From: Craspedostauros australis
Taxonomy: Eukaryota
Assembly: GCA_030167865.1 (NCBI GenBank)
Contig: JALAGF010004754.1
Location: 124,001 to 164,161, forward strand
DNA length: 40,161 nt
Direction of reading: 5' to 3'
This document shows, one piece after another, positions 1-10,600 of this stretch. The notes under the pieces are model-generated. The model worked only from the letters and a program-made list of their open reading frames with translations, was not told the DNA's origin and ran no database searches. Every line of letters begins with the position of its first letter. Within the stretch, counting starts at the first letter, position 1. The position numbers and the translations under genes were made by a program.

Positions 1-660
1 TCAATCAAGTACTGGTCGAAGATCGTCTTCAGACAACTCACAATAAAAGAACAAGAGCTCTGACCAGGGCACACAACAATGGGCCAATACGTCTACAGTA
101 GTTACTTGTGCACTTTGAAAGTTGTGACGGCATGGATCAACCGCTCCTTATCTGCGACTGTGTCAATGACGCTTTTCTCTGCCTCCTTTCAACTTCATGT
201 GGCACGCAAAGGGGGAACTGACCCAGGTCTGCTCTGTTTTCTTCATGTTGGCACTGGTGCCAGTGTCGGTTCCCGCTCCATGGTCCAAAAGCCATTGGCA
301 GCAGCAACCTTCATCCACTTGTGCAAGGGCCTGCTACCAGCAGGTACCTGTAGGATTGTGGCCGTTTGCTCCATCCATACTACTTGGCCCGATGCAGGGC
401 CGTAACAGCCTGGATATGTGGATTTGGCATGGCTATGTGCAGCATTGTTGTTGTTCAATTGTGCAAGGATGGCCTGCAACCGTTCCCGCATGGCTAGAAG
501 TGACAGCTTTCACTGTACCTCTTACCTTTTTACTAATCGTATCAATCCAAAATACTGGTCGGAGGTCGTCCCTGGACAACTCACAATAAAACACAAGAGC
601 TCTGACCAGGGCATGCAACAACGGGCCAATACGTCTACAGTAGTTACTTGTGCACTTTGA
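1..660. repeat. Diverged ~120-bp direct repeat (copies at 1-118 and 542-660); the first copy is cut by the window edge
   Basis: 1-118 aligns to 542-660, e.g. the shared 'acaagagctctgaccagggc' and 'gggccaatacgtctacagtagttacttgtgcactttga'. There are about 10 substitutions, almost all transitions, plus small indels. Confidence 0.92.
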
Positions 661-1445
661 CAAGAAGCATGGCTCCTTCTTCAGAGGCTTGGTTGGTGTC
701 CATATCATCATTGCAAGAGGACCCTTGATTCCACGCAATGCGCCGGATCACCTCCGATGCCCACTTGTCTGTGGTCCGGCAAGATCCCTGCGACGCGAGA
801 AAAAGAGCTTGTTGTTCCACCCGTCGCGTGCTCAGCAGGCCGAATCTTAGCGACCGCGGCCCAACTAACGGATACTTTGCTCAAACAATACCGCAATCAT
901 CGACAAGCAGCATGATGGTTGTGGGCACACCATGCTCACTTGACAAGGAGTTTCACCATGCACAACCACAGAGCAATGGATACGGCACACTGCAAACATG
1001 TTAACAGCGCTCTGCACGTCCCTTGCGACAGCTTGCGATGATCAACCAGATAGCTGATTTAACTGCAATCTACGGGTCTGTCGCTATCGTGGCGATCATC
1101 CCCAAGAACACTGCAGGCCGTACAGACACATGCCTGAGACGACTCGCACCAAGGATTGTGCTGAATCGTTGACAGGCCATAAACAAGCCTACTCAGCATG
1201 ATGGCTTGGATCGGAGTCACTGGAGACCAAAATGAATCAATCACCGAGCAGGCATGAGACCTTACATTGGGCTGAGATGTGGCTGTGCAAAAATGAGCCA
1301 ATCTAGCATGCGGTATGCATGGTTCTCCATTCCACCTCCCATCCTGTTGGAGATGATCTTGCCATCACTGTGTCATCCATCCGCAGGGAAGCGAGCGACA
1401 CTGGCTCGTTTATCGCACGATGAATCCGAGCAAACAACAACAACA
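1..1445. mobile_element. Probable decayed repeat/transposon remnant, family not identifiable
   Basis: Internal direct repeat, only short broken ORFs and visible CpG depletion relative to neighbouring genes; it ends at a (CAA)n/(TAGA)13 tract. No transposase, RT or integrase motif recognised. Confidence 0.35.

Positions 1446-1446
<1 letters not shown>

Positions 1447-1498
<52 letters not shown>
1447..1498 (+). repeat. (TAGA)13 microsatellite preceded by a short (CAA)n run
   Basis: Perfect tetranucleotide array read directly. Confidence 0.97.
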
Positions 1499-1972
1499 GT
1501 AGAGCGGATTGCGAGTATGATATGAAGAGTTGTCTATGGCATCATATCAGCACTCTTTCCGATAAGTACTGCTCGTTCTAGCATGCCTGACATGCGTGGT
1601 GCCTCTTCCTCCCAAAGCAGCCACTCATCGTTGGGGCAGCCGGAAGGTCTGTGTTTGGGTATGCACTCCAGCATGGATGCGCACATGTCTAAGTATGTTC
1701 CAGTTGTCGCACGTCTTTGGCATGATCGGACCCCTCCCCCCATTGCACAAGCACGGTGATATCCTGCCGTCTCTGTGTCGTACGCCATGTCGATCTATCA
1801 TGACTGTCTCTTTCTGGAGAGTGCTACCTTTGCACCTATTGCTGGCTGTCTATTCTTGATCATGGGCTATCGTACCGCACTCTTCTCAGGCTGCCTGCGC
1901 GTTCACGTGTGCCTGTGTACTCTTGAGAGTCCATTCATATGGAGCTCCCTTCTTCGCTTTTCATACTATACT

Positions 1973-4900
1973 CTATGGATATTTCGGTGACTTGCGCACT
2001 CCTCCCTGTCTGTGCGACAGTTGGGCCAACTGCGACAGCTTCGCCATTTTCGTTTTGGAGGATCGCTCTTTCTTCATCTTTCCGCGAGATACATACGGCG
2101 ATGGGCTTCGATGAGATCTCGTGGGTGATCTTGATTGCTTTCTCGTGCCCCTTTCGCGTTGGTTGAGCTTTCCCGCTCGTTGGAATGTGTTCGGATACTG
2201 CAGGTTGAAGTGCGGCTTATCCGTCTGGAAGTAAGGATTCTTATTTTCGTACACCCGCTGCGTCTTCTGCATGTGATCCCAAAGCGGCCCGCTGGACACC
2301 ATCTCCGGGTAGAGGACCGGTGACGCGGCAGGCTTTGTGTGCTTCTGGCTCCGATCTCGCTTTGGTGATGCAAATCGCACATGATCCTCTTCACTTCTCG
2401 CATCCACGCTTCGTTGATTGCGGCGTTCATCACGGGTGCATTCCTTGACCTTCTTTCTCAATTCCTCGTTCTCGCTCTGTAACTGGTCGTAACTGTCGCG
2501 AAGCTCCTGCTTTTCAGACTCCAGCTGCATGATCCGGCGTTGCAAGTCTTCGATATCGGCAACGGTTGCCCGCGGCGAATGAGGGGATGCGGATTCTTCA
2601 CCATCGGACTGGTACGATGACGGTGATGATCGATAGGAGCGCGGCTCTATCGGCTCCGGACTTCGGTCCCCATGTTTGTCCGTCCTCCTCTCATCAATTT
2701 TCGGCGTCGCACGACCAGGTCCAGAAGTGCTCCTGCCGTATCCGATGTCGGTCTCCTTCACGGCAGCGATGACACGACCTCCCGACTTCTTCAATGTTTT
2801 CAACATCTTCATCGGGCTTCTCCAAATCATGTTGGCCACCGGTGCTGTCGGGAGCGGCGCTGTCGGAGGTGGTGCTGCCATAGCATCGTCCACTTCGACC
2901 TCGCCATCATACTCAGCTCCTCCATAATGTCCAACGGATGCATCCGGTGATGCTTGCCCCTTATGCGTGATGTCATTTCTGTATCGCTCAGGGGAGTCCG
3001 CAAAGCTGGCGTTCGAGTGATCCGTCGGTGATGGTGGCGGTTGTGATCGCTTGCCACCGACTACCATCGATGGTTCGACGAACATCTCTCGCGCAACTCC
3101 GCTGGTCGTTCTGGGCACGTGAACACCGGGAAAGTCGGACATGAGGGAAGCTTGGTGGGGCGACTTGGCGAGCTTGGGTCGCGGGGATACTGACTGCATC
3201 TTGTTGCTCTTCTTGCTTCCTTGGCCACGCCCACGCCCACAGTCATTCTTGTGCTTGTGCTTGTGCTTGTGCTTGTGCTTGTTCGGAATGTGCGAAGTGG
3301 GCCTTGCAGGATCTTCAGCTGAGCAGGCTGGAGCAAAGGGCGGCGGGCGAGTGATATTGTCCTCGCTGCAATCTGATGACTCTGTAGCAGTTAGCGTAAT
3401 GGAGTGGCATGGACTTGCTGGTCGCCGATTGCCGCCGGATTTGCCATCCTTTGCCAAAGGAGATCTGGTCTTGTGGCTCTTTTGCATGCTGCGTAGTTGA
3501 TGATGCATGGCATGGGGGTTGTGGCGATGTGGCGACCGGCCGCGTCGACCGACTGAAGGTGAACGTGCATCTCTGCGTCTATTGTGGACAACAGTATCGT
3601 ATCGATGGTTGTCATCCTGAACAGGAACGGAATCGTCGTCACTGCTAACACTCTCATCACAGGCCTCGGGGATGACCTGCTCTTCCAACCCGGTCGATGC
3701 GAAGGCGTTGTGAGAAAGCAACGAAGCCCCGCACAGCAGCTCAATGTCTTGCAGAAGCGATCGTTTCTCGAAGTAGTCGGCGTGCCCTGGATACGCCGCT
3801 TGAAGCAGCGAGATGTTGGTCACGCGAGTCGAGCAAACGAGCGCTCCCAACAGAATGGTGATCTCATGCTGTCGGAACGGCACTGGCTTGAGTCTTTTTT
3901 GATACGGCTCCTTGACCTGCGACACGCACGACAATTCACTCACGGTATCATCCGTGCATTCGATGTTGATCGTATCCGACTTCCGCTTGTGGATGTTCGT
4001 GTTCTGCATCATCGCGCGGAGGCAGTGCAACATGGCAGAGCTGCCAGCCTGACTGTTGTTGTGCACGGTCTCCTTGCCTCGGTTTCGGCTGCGCTTGCGC
4101 TTCTCCAGCCCAGCCATGTCGACTACCGCGATCTTCTCGCCACGGCGGTTGCCGTTGACGATTGGTTGCATGGTGACGAAGATATGGCGGTTGTGCTGCG
4201 CTCTCGCGACATTCTGACCGAGTGTCAGTGCGGCCTGGATCACGTTCCGTGCATCCGATCCGTCCCGCACGATCTTCGTCGTGGGTTGAGTGCAGCCGTC
4301 CTTTACGTCCAGTTGCAGGTGCTTGTATCGATTTTTGAATGGCGAGAGGAGAGGGGTGTTGCGGGCAGTTTGTTCCATCCGTGATGCCATGGAAAGCAAC
4401 GAAACACCGATCTTCTTGGGTGACGGCGAGCGCATGGCTGCCTCTCCGATTGCACCTGTCTGCACCTTCATGTTGCCGGACGACGCCGATGCAGCATCTG
4501 CCAGTAGATCATGAGCGCTGCAGTCATGGGGGCCGCTCTTCTTCGCCTGCGTGACCTGCACGATGGTGATTTCCACCCCAAAGCTGCGCAGTTCGCTGCT
4601 GAGATGCTTGGCCTGTGAGAAGAAGCTGTCGAGCATCCTTGGGACGATGCCATCACCAGATGATCGGCGCTTCGTGATGGTGGAGGCACCGAAGCATGCG
4701 TGCGTCTTTCCGGAGCTGGCCACGCCCATGCATATGAGCACGTGGGCCTGATTCGCCGACGAATGCTTGCGACGGCTGCGCTTGTTCGTCAGCAACGACT
4801 CCATCGATTTGGTCGCCATGGGAAGGCCGATGGCATGGTAGAGCTTGTCTTGGTTGGTGGATTCGGAAAGGACGTTGTTGAAGTGGAAGTCCTGAGGTCC

Positions 4901-5212
4901 GTGTCCTGCGCCGGTGGCATCCAGTTCTCCGCTCCCGCGCGTGCGGCGGTTGTCTCCCGGAGGCGAAAGCGGCAAGCCATGCAGCACGGGTGGTTGCAAG
5001 GTGGCCACGACGGCGGACTGCCGACCGCCAACGACCGATGAATGTCGATTCTGTCGATCCCGTTCGTAGGACAGCAGCACTTGATCCTCCTTCTCCTTGC
5101 GAAGCAACGGCCGGAGCCGCAAGTAAGACTTGACTTCCACAACGCAGCTCTCACCCCCGGTGCTGATCTCGAGGCCGTGACCGTGGCCGTGGGCGGTCAT
5201 GTCGGGCCTCAT
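1973..5212 (-). CDS. Divergent N-terminal-motor kinesin-like protein (~1079 aa) with disordered SP-rich tail and C-terminal coiled coil
   Basis: Kinesin motifs in order: VKSYLRLRPL, FHFNNVL..TNQDKLY, P-loop GVASSGKT, GIVPR, switch II DMAGLE, VPFRQHEIT. Coiled coil IEDLQRRIMQLESEKQELRDSYDQLQSENEELRKKV. The first ATG is at 5212 (the ORF track starts at a GTG). Confidence 0.85.
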   Translation of the reverse strand: MRPDMTAHGHGHGLEISTGGESCVVEVKSYLRLRPLLRKEKEDQVLLSYERDRQNRHSSVVGGRQSAVVATLQPPVLHGLPLSPPGDNRRTRGSGELDATGAGHGPQDFHFNNVLSESTNQDKLYHAIGLPMATKSMESLLTNKRSRRKHSSANQAHVLICMGVASSGKTHACFGASTITKRRSSGDGIVPRMLDSFFSQAKHLSSELRSFGVEITIVQVTQAKKSGPHDCSAHDLLADAASASSGNMKVQTGAIGEAAMRSPSPKKIGVSLLSMASRMEQTARNTPLLSPFKNRYKHLQLDVKDGCTQPTTKIVRDGSDARNVIQAALTLGQNVARAQHNRHIFVTMQPIVNGNRRGEKIAVVDMAGLEKRKRSRNRGKETVHNNSQAGSSAMLHCLRAMMQNTNIHKRKSDTINIECTDDTVSELSCVSQVKEPYQKRLKPVPFRQHEITILLGALVCSTRVTNISLLQAAYPGHADYFEKRSLLQDIELLCGASLLSHNAFASTGLEEQVIPEACDESVSSDDDSVPVQDDNHRYDTVVHNRRRDARSPSVGRRGRSPHRHNPHAMHHQLRSMQKSHKTRSPLAKDGKSGGNRRPASPCHSITLTATESSDCSEDNITRPPPFAPACSAEDPARPTSHIPNKHKHKHKHKHKNDCGRGRGQGSKKSNKMQSVSPRPKLAKSPHQASLMSDFPGVHVPRTTSGVAREMFVEPSMVVGGKRSQPPPSPTDHSNASFADSPERYRNDITHKGQASPDASVGHYGGAEYDGEVEVDDAMAAPPPTAPLPTAPVANMIWRSPMKMLKTLKKSGGRVIAAVKETDIGYGRSTSGPGRATPKIDERRTDKHGDRSPEPIEPRSYRSSPSSYQSDGEESASPHSPRATVADIEDLQRRIMQLESEKQELRDSYDQLQSENEELRKKVKECTRDERRNQRSVDARSEEDHVRFASPKRDRSQKHTKPAASPVLYPEMVSSGPLWDHMQKTQRVYENKNPYFQTDKPHFNLQYPNTFQRAGKLNQRERGTRKQSRSPTRSHRSPSPYVSRGKMKKERSSKTKMAKLSQLAQLSHRQGGVRKSPKYP

Positions 5213-6010
5213 GTTGCATTTGATCAATGGCGCCGATGGGTATGTTGTACGACTATGCGGTGGCACCTGCGTCGTTGTTGCTGCCGTCAGCTCTGGAGTA
5301 ATTCTTTTTCACTCTCTCTCTCTCCTTCTGTTTCTGTTTCGAGGTTCACCCTCTGCGTTTGCATTTGCGTTGGCCCTTGTTTCTGGTCTCTCCACTCAGT
5401 TGTTGTGTTCGTGGAATTAACGCGTACTCGAACAAACGCTCACGCAAACAGGCAAGGGAAGAAAACGAAACACGTCTCTTCCTCATCAACGCATTTGTTC
5501 CTCTTTTTCTGATTTTGTGGGAATCGTCGAACGAAAGGGATTTTGGAATTGTAACGACAAACGGCGATAACGTTTCTGATCCAATCATTAAGTACGAACA
5601 CGCCGGCGCGTCTGTGGAATCGATTCAATCCAGTCGATTCAAGTGACCACTCTGCATCAATCCCGAAATTGTTTTGATCGTGGATTGGACGTACCCGAAA
5701 ACGAAACGAAGGGGAGAACAACACAACAGCACATTTTGTGCGGTTTCTCCCTTTCTTGTGTGACTTTTTGTTTGCGAGAAACAGCCGCAAGTCATCACAC
5801 GACACCATCATGCCACGACACAACACAGAGAGAGGCGAAAGAACATCTGCGCATCTTCTTCCTCTCACTCTTCCATCCACTCTCCCCCAACGCACAGCAC
5901 GGCATCCACATCGCACTCGGCATCAGACCAAGGCCGACGCAAGAGACTTTTCCCAACCATCATATTATAGAATACGACCTATTCTATTAGTTTACTCAAT
6001 TATTCGAAGG

Positions 6011-7328
6011 ATGACCCAAGTGAAGCGTGGCGCCCGTCCGGTGGTGGTGACAAGGAAAATGCAGCCGCTTTCGTTCCTGAAGGTGATGCTGGTGGCGGCC
6101 GGTGTCGTGGGAATGGCGTGCTTTGCGTTCAGCGGTGAGAAGCTTGCCGGGGTCAGCATCCCAGGCATCCGCCAGCGCAGCTCTACCGGAGGCGTCACCA
6201 CGCAGCGCGGCATGCTCGGGGTGGAAGGCGAGGAGGCCGCGGATGAGTCAGACGGCGCCGCTGAGTCCGTCGTGAGCGGGGAGAAGAACATCAACGGAGC
6301 CGCGACGGTCGACCAGTTCTCGGACGGCGGTCGTCAATACACCCTCCACCTCAAGAACCTCACGGATGGGAAGAGCGGCGACGTCGTCATCCGCACAAGA
6401 CCAGACTGGTCCCCGTTGGGCGTCGATCATTTCCACAAGCTCATGGACGATGAGTTCTACAACGACGCCAAGTTCTTCCGCGTCGTCACCAACTTCGTTG
6501 TGCAGTTCGGGATCGCTGCAGATCCTGCCAAGAACCAAAAGACTGTCATCAAGGATGATCCTGTCAAGAAGACCAACGCCAGAGGCACCCTCACCTACGC
6601 CACTTCTGGCCCAAACACCAGGACCACGCAGATGTTCATCAACACCAACACGAAGGGAAATGCCTTCCTCGACAAGCAGGGATTTTCGCCCATCGGGGAG
6701 GTCACGAGGTCAGTTCCATGCAGAGCAGCGCAGGGTATAACCGGGTGATGCGGAGTGATGTTGGGTGGAACATCCCTTTCTCCCCCATCCGAGCACGCTT
6801 GATCGACTTGCTTGTCCTTGTGCCAGACCTCGGCATCGCACTGCATAAGATGGCGCACATGGTTGCGCATGTGCACAAGCAAGGAACACCATTCATCAGT
6901 TACATATGAAACCGCATGTTCGGACGAACTCACACACCCCTGCTTCTACTCAATTTCAACCTGCACCTCTCCCATGCATCCGCGCACGCGTGTGCATGCC
7001 ACTGCTGACAACGTCAATGCTCATCTTGTCCGGTCTTCGCGCAATTCCATGCTTCATGACGTCGCCACAATCTGCTATTCTATTCGTACGGTGTTCCGCC
7101 CATTGCATCCACCCGGGTTTGCCCTGTATTGATACCATCCCTTCCACATTCAACAGCGGAATGGAGCATGTCGATGCCATCTATGCTGGATACAAGGAGA
7201 AGCCAAAGCAGGGCGCTATCAACAGGCAGGGAAATACTTACCTCGACAAGAACTTTCCACTGATGTCTTACATCGAGACAGCAGAGCAAACCCCAATCGT
7301 CGTGGATCAGAACGCCACAGAGCCGTAA
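6011..7328 (+). CDS. Cyclophilin-type peptidyl-prolyl isomerase with N-terminal membrane anchor; exons 6011-6708, 7157-7328 (289 aa)
   Basis: FFRVVTNFVVQFG, TLTYATSGPNTRTTQMFIN, FLDKQGFSPIGEV. The GT..AG intron 6709-7156 joins in frame to S-GMEHVDAIY. Hydrophobic segment FLKVMLVAAGVVGMACFAF. Confidence 0.9.
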
Positions 7329-7681
7329 AGAGAGAGACGCATCCGCTCCGCTCCTCGCAATAACGGCGGGCCGTCACAGTCTCTTCCCTTCCGTAGACCA
7401 TTGCTTCGTATCAAAACACTTCCTCGTACTTTCTTCCTGGGTCCATACCTGACCAGTATCGAACGATGAGGATGGAGGACTCCATTTTTGCTTGGGGCAG
7501 CATAACAGCGTCGTTCTTCTTTTCAGCCATGCTCGGCACCACGAGGATGTCTGCAGTGTCATACCTTCGACGTATGTACTGTACGAGCCGCTGGCTTGAA
7601 CTTGAATGCTCTCACACACATACGGATAGTGTTACATTCTATTTACTGCACGTTAACGCGAGTGCGTTCCCCACTGGATGA

Positions 7682-10600
7682 TCATTTCCCTCTTCTACCC
7701 CGGCTTGGTGCTATCTTGGACAGTAACCATTCCGAACTAAAGTGCAGAGGCATGGTGCCCGTGTGTACGAGGCGTCCGCCGCATGCGAGTCCGCTGTAGT
7801 ACTGGTCGATAGCATCCGTGATTTCGCGCCTGTCCTTCCATGGCGATGTCGTCTTCAGGTATTCGAGGAGCTTGAGGTGGCACCTGAACTCATTGGAGTT
7901 GCTCGCGGGATTTCCGCCACTGGTGCCGGGGTCATCTTGCGCTGCGGCGTGCTTGTCGCTGACAGCGCTTTCAGAGCTGACATTGACGAAACCAGCCCTT
8001 TGCTGACTTAGAGGAGCGTTGGAGCGTTGCATGCGCTTCCATAGTCGCAGGAAGTAGGCGCCTTGTGCACCTGGCCCTGCGTTCTTCAGTTGGTCCCTGT
8101 GGCGCGTTTTGCAGTCGGCGATCTCCCGCAAGATGTCTGGGTCGATCTTGTTGCATCTTCCGAAATGCTTCTCCAGTGAGGTGGTCGCTGTGCTGAAGCT
8201 CTCGATGGATGAGTAGAAGAGCTTGCCGTCGCCGTTAGCACCGAGACAATGCTTGCACAGGAGACCGGGGAAACCGACATTGATGCGGCGGTACTTCTTG
8301 GCAGAGTCCTCCTTGGTGGCCCTGCAAACCATGACCTGGTCCATGATGGATGCAACGAACTCGCTGATGCTGCCGCGGTCAGTAGCCAACACAATCTCGC
8401 GGAGGTCGTCATTCGTGTCCATCGAGATGTCGTCCAACGTGCCATGGTTCCGCTTCTGCTTCTTGAACTTGTTGAGGCGAGGTATTGTGAATGCTGGGAC
8501 GAGGGCCTCGCGCAGATACTGCTCAGGTGGCACATGGAACGATTCATCAAACAAGTCGGCGTGATTCGTTGCAAGGAAGTCCACGAGCTCTCGCGTGACT
8601 CCAGTCAGGTCCGTCAGCTGCTCCTGCGACACAGTCATCTGCTGAAGTATATTTGGGAGAGTCAACAGGAAGCGCATCAGGTATTGGCAACCATAAACTT
8701 TCGATGGTTTGGAATCTTCAGGCACATCGGGAGGCTTTTCCTCGTCTCCAAAAAACAAATTCGGTGCCAGTTTGTCGAAACACGCGGTGATTTGCTCGAC
8801 GATGAGGTAGATCTGCTGCAAACTATCGGAATCGCCATCGGCGGTGTTGGTCTGCAGCGCGGAATGGAACCGTTGCAATGCTTCATCCACCGACTTTGAT
8901 GACTTTGCTGACCTGGGCGTAGTTGGTGCGGTATCATCTTCTTCCGGCTTGGTTGTGGAGTTGATGAAAAGGCGTTTGGATCGTTTCGGCACGTAGCCCA
9001 AACCCAGCTCCTCTGCCTTCTGCGAGATCCTTTGTCGCTTCTTGGCCGCTTCTCGCTTGACGAGTCTCGCGCGGCTGCTTCCGACCCGATTGCGATCAGG
9101 CGGGGCAAACGATATGGAATCCATGGTCTCATCCGCGTCGACTCTCCAGCCGAGTTGCTTGATTTCTGGCCACACGAGACCCAAGAAGAGCTGGGACGAA
9201 CTCGGTTCGTATCGCTGTTTCTCATGGCCTCCTGTGGCTTCGGCAACCACCATCTCTGGAACAGTCAATCGCTCCAGCTTATCATCTATCCTGGGTGTGA
9301 CATCCAGAACCTTTATGTTGGAGTTTTGAGATACCGATTGCGCTGCTTCCAGCATCGCTTTGGATATGCTTTCCAGCATCTTCGGCTTGACTGTTTGTGA
9401 AATGTGGAACAAGCTGCAGTGCGCCACGGATGCAAGTACTGCCAGCACTTGGCGCTCGATGTACCACGTGGTATTCATAACCTGCTTAGAAGCACCGACA
9501 GCAGTCGTGGGATACATGGACGGTGAAGAAGAGCTGTCTTTCCCCGATGATCGCTTGGTTGTTGCCAGCAGTCTCTGATCGCCACTGTGCGACATGTCGA
9601 AGCCAGGCTCCCCGCAAAGAATCATGGCCTCCCTGTAGGAGTCTTCCGAGATCGATTGCAGCACCTGCTGCCGTCGCGGAATGAGGAAGGAGAAGTGGTG
9701 CGCATCGTTGCTGTAATCCAACGTGAATTCATCGACAGTTTTGGGTTCTGCACAGCTCGCTCTGGATGCTTCGACGATGGACTGGGTCGATAATGCGACC
9801 ATAGAACTGAGTTCTGATCCCAATTTCTCTCCATCGCCGTACCTGTCGAGTTCGATCAAGTAGCGTGACAAGGTCTTCGTGGACGTCGCGACAAGCTGCT
9901 TCGCCATGTTGCACCAAACGTGCTGCGATGAAAAGAAGGCACCAAACTGTGGCGTGCGCATGGCTGCTTGGATCTCGTGAGTCGCCTCGTCATGCAGCAC
10001 ATGTTGCAGCTGGCTGCCGGGCTGCTTCCATAGAGGGTGGGCGACCAAAGCAGAAACAAGCTCTGCCTTCCACAGCGGGGCGTTTGCCACCGGTGGAAGC
10101 ACGGGGCCGATTGAAGAGGTCTTGCTCTGGAGCATTTCTGCCACAAGGGTATTGATCCTCATCGTCACCCAGTGCATACGCCTGCGTGCGACCACCGTGC
10201 TGTGAACAAGGGCGAAGTTGCCAGCCATCGTTGCGTTGGCTTCTGTCGTCCCATTGAAGATCTTGTTCCATTCGCTGTAAATTGAAGGACCAATGGAGTC
10301 CTGAATACAATCCAGCAGGTCGCGGAGATTCTTCATCGTCATTTGCGTCAGCCTTTGCTGAATCCACAGCCTTCGCTTGGTGTCGATGTCGATGTCTCCA
10401 GAGATGAGTTCCGACGGGTCAGATGGGTAGAAGCGCAGTTCGACTGTCTGCCCTTTCTCCATTGGCTGCGTGGTGCAGAAGAAGCAATACCGCTCTCCGT
10501 GCGCGCTGAAGCGTTCGATGACATTCCATGGACCTGGCCTGTCGAATCGTTGCTTTGAGACTCGACTTGTGCTCTTATCGCTGTGGCAAGCCTTGTCAAC

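Noticed and set aside
243-491. Minus-strand ORF MRERLQAILAQLNNNN.. as a retroelement gag
   Set aside because: Short, with no zinc knuckle, PBS or pol motifs; cannot be assigned.
5738-6010. ORF-track N-terminal extension of the cyclophilin
   Set aside because: Starts at GTG in A/C-rich leader-like sequence; ATG 6011 directly precedes the TM anchor and codon-biased sequence.
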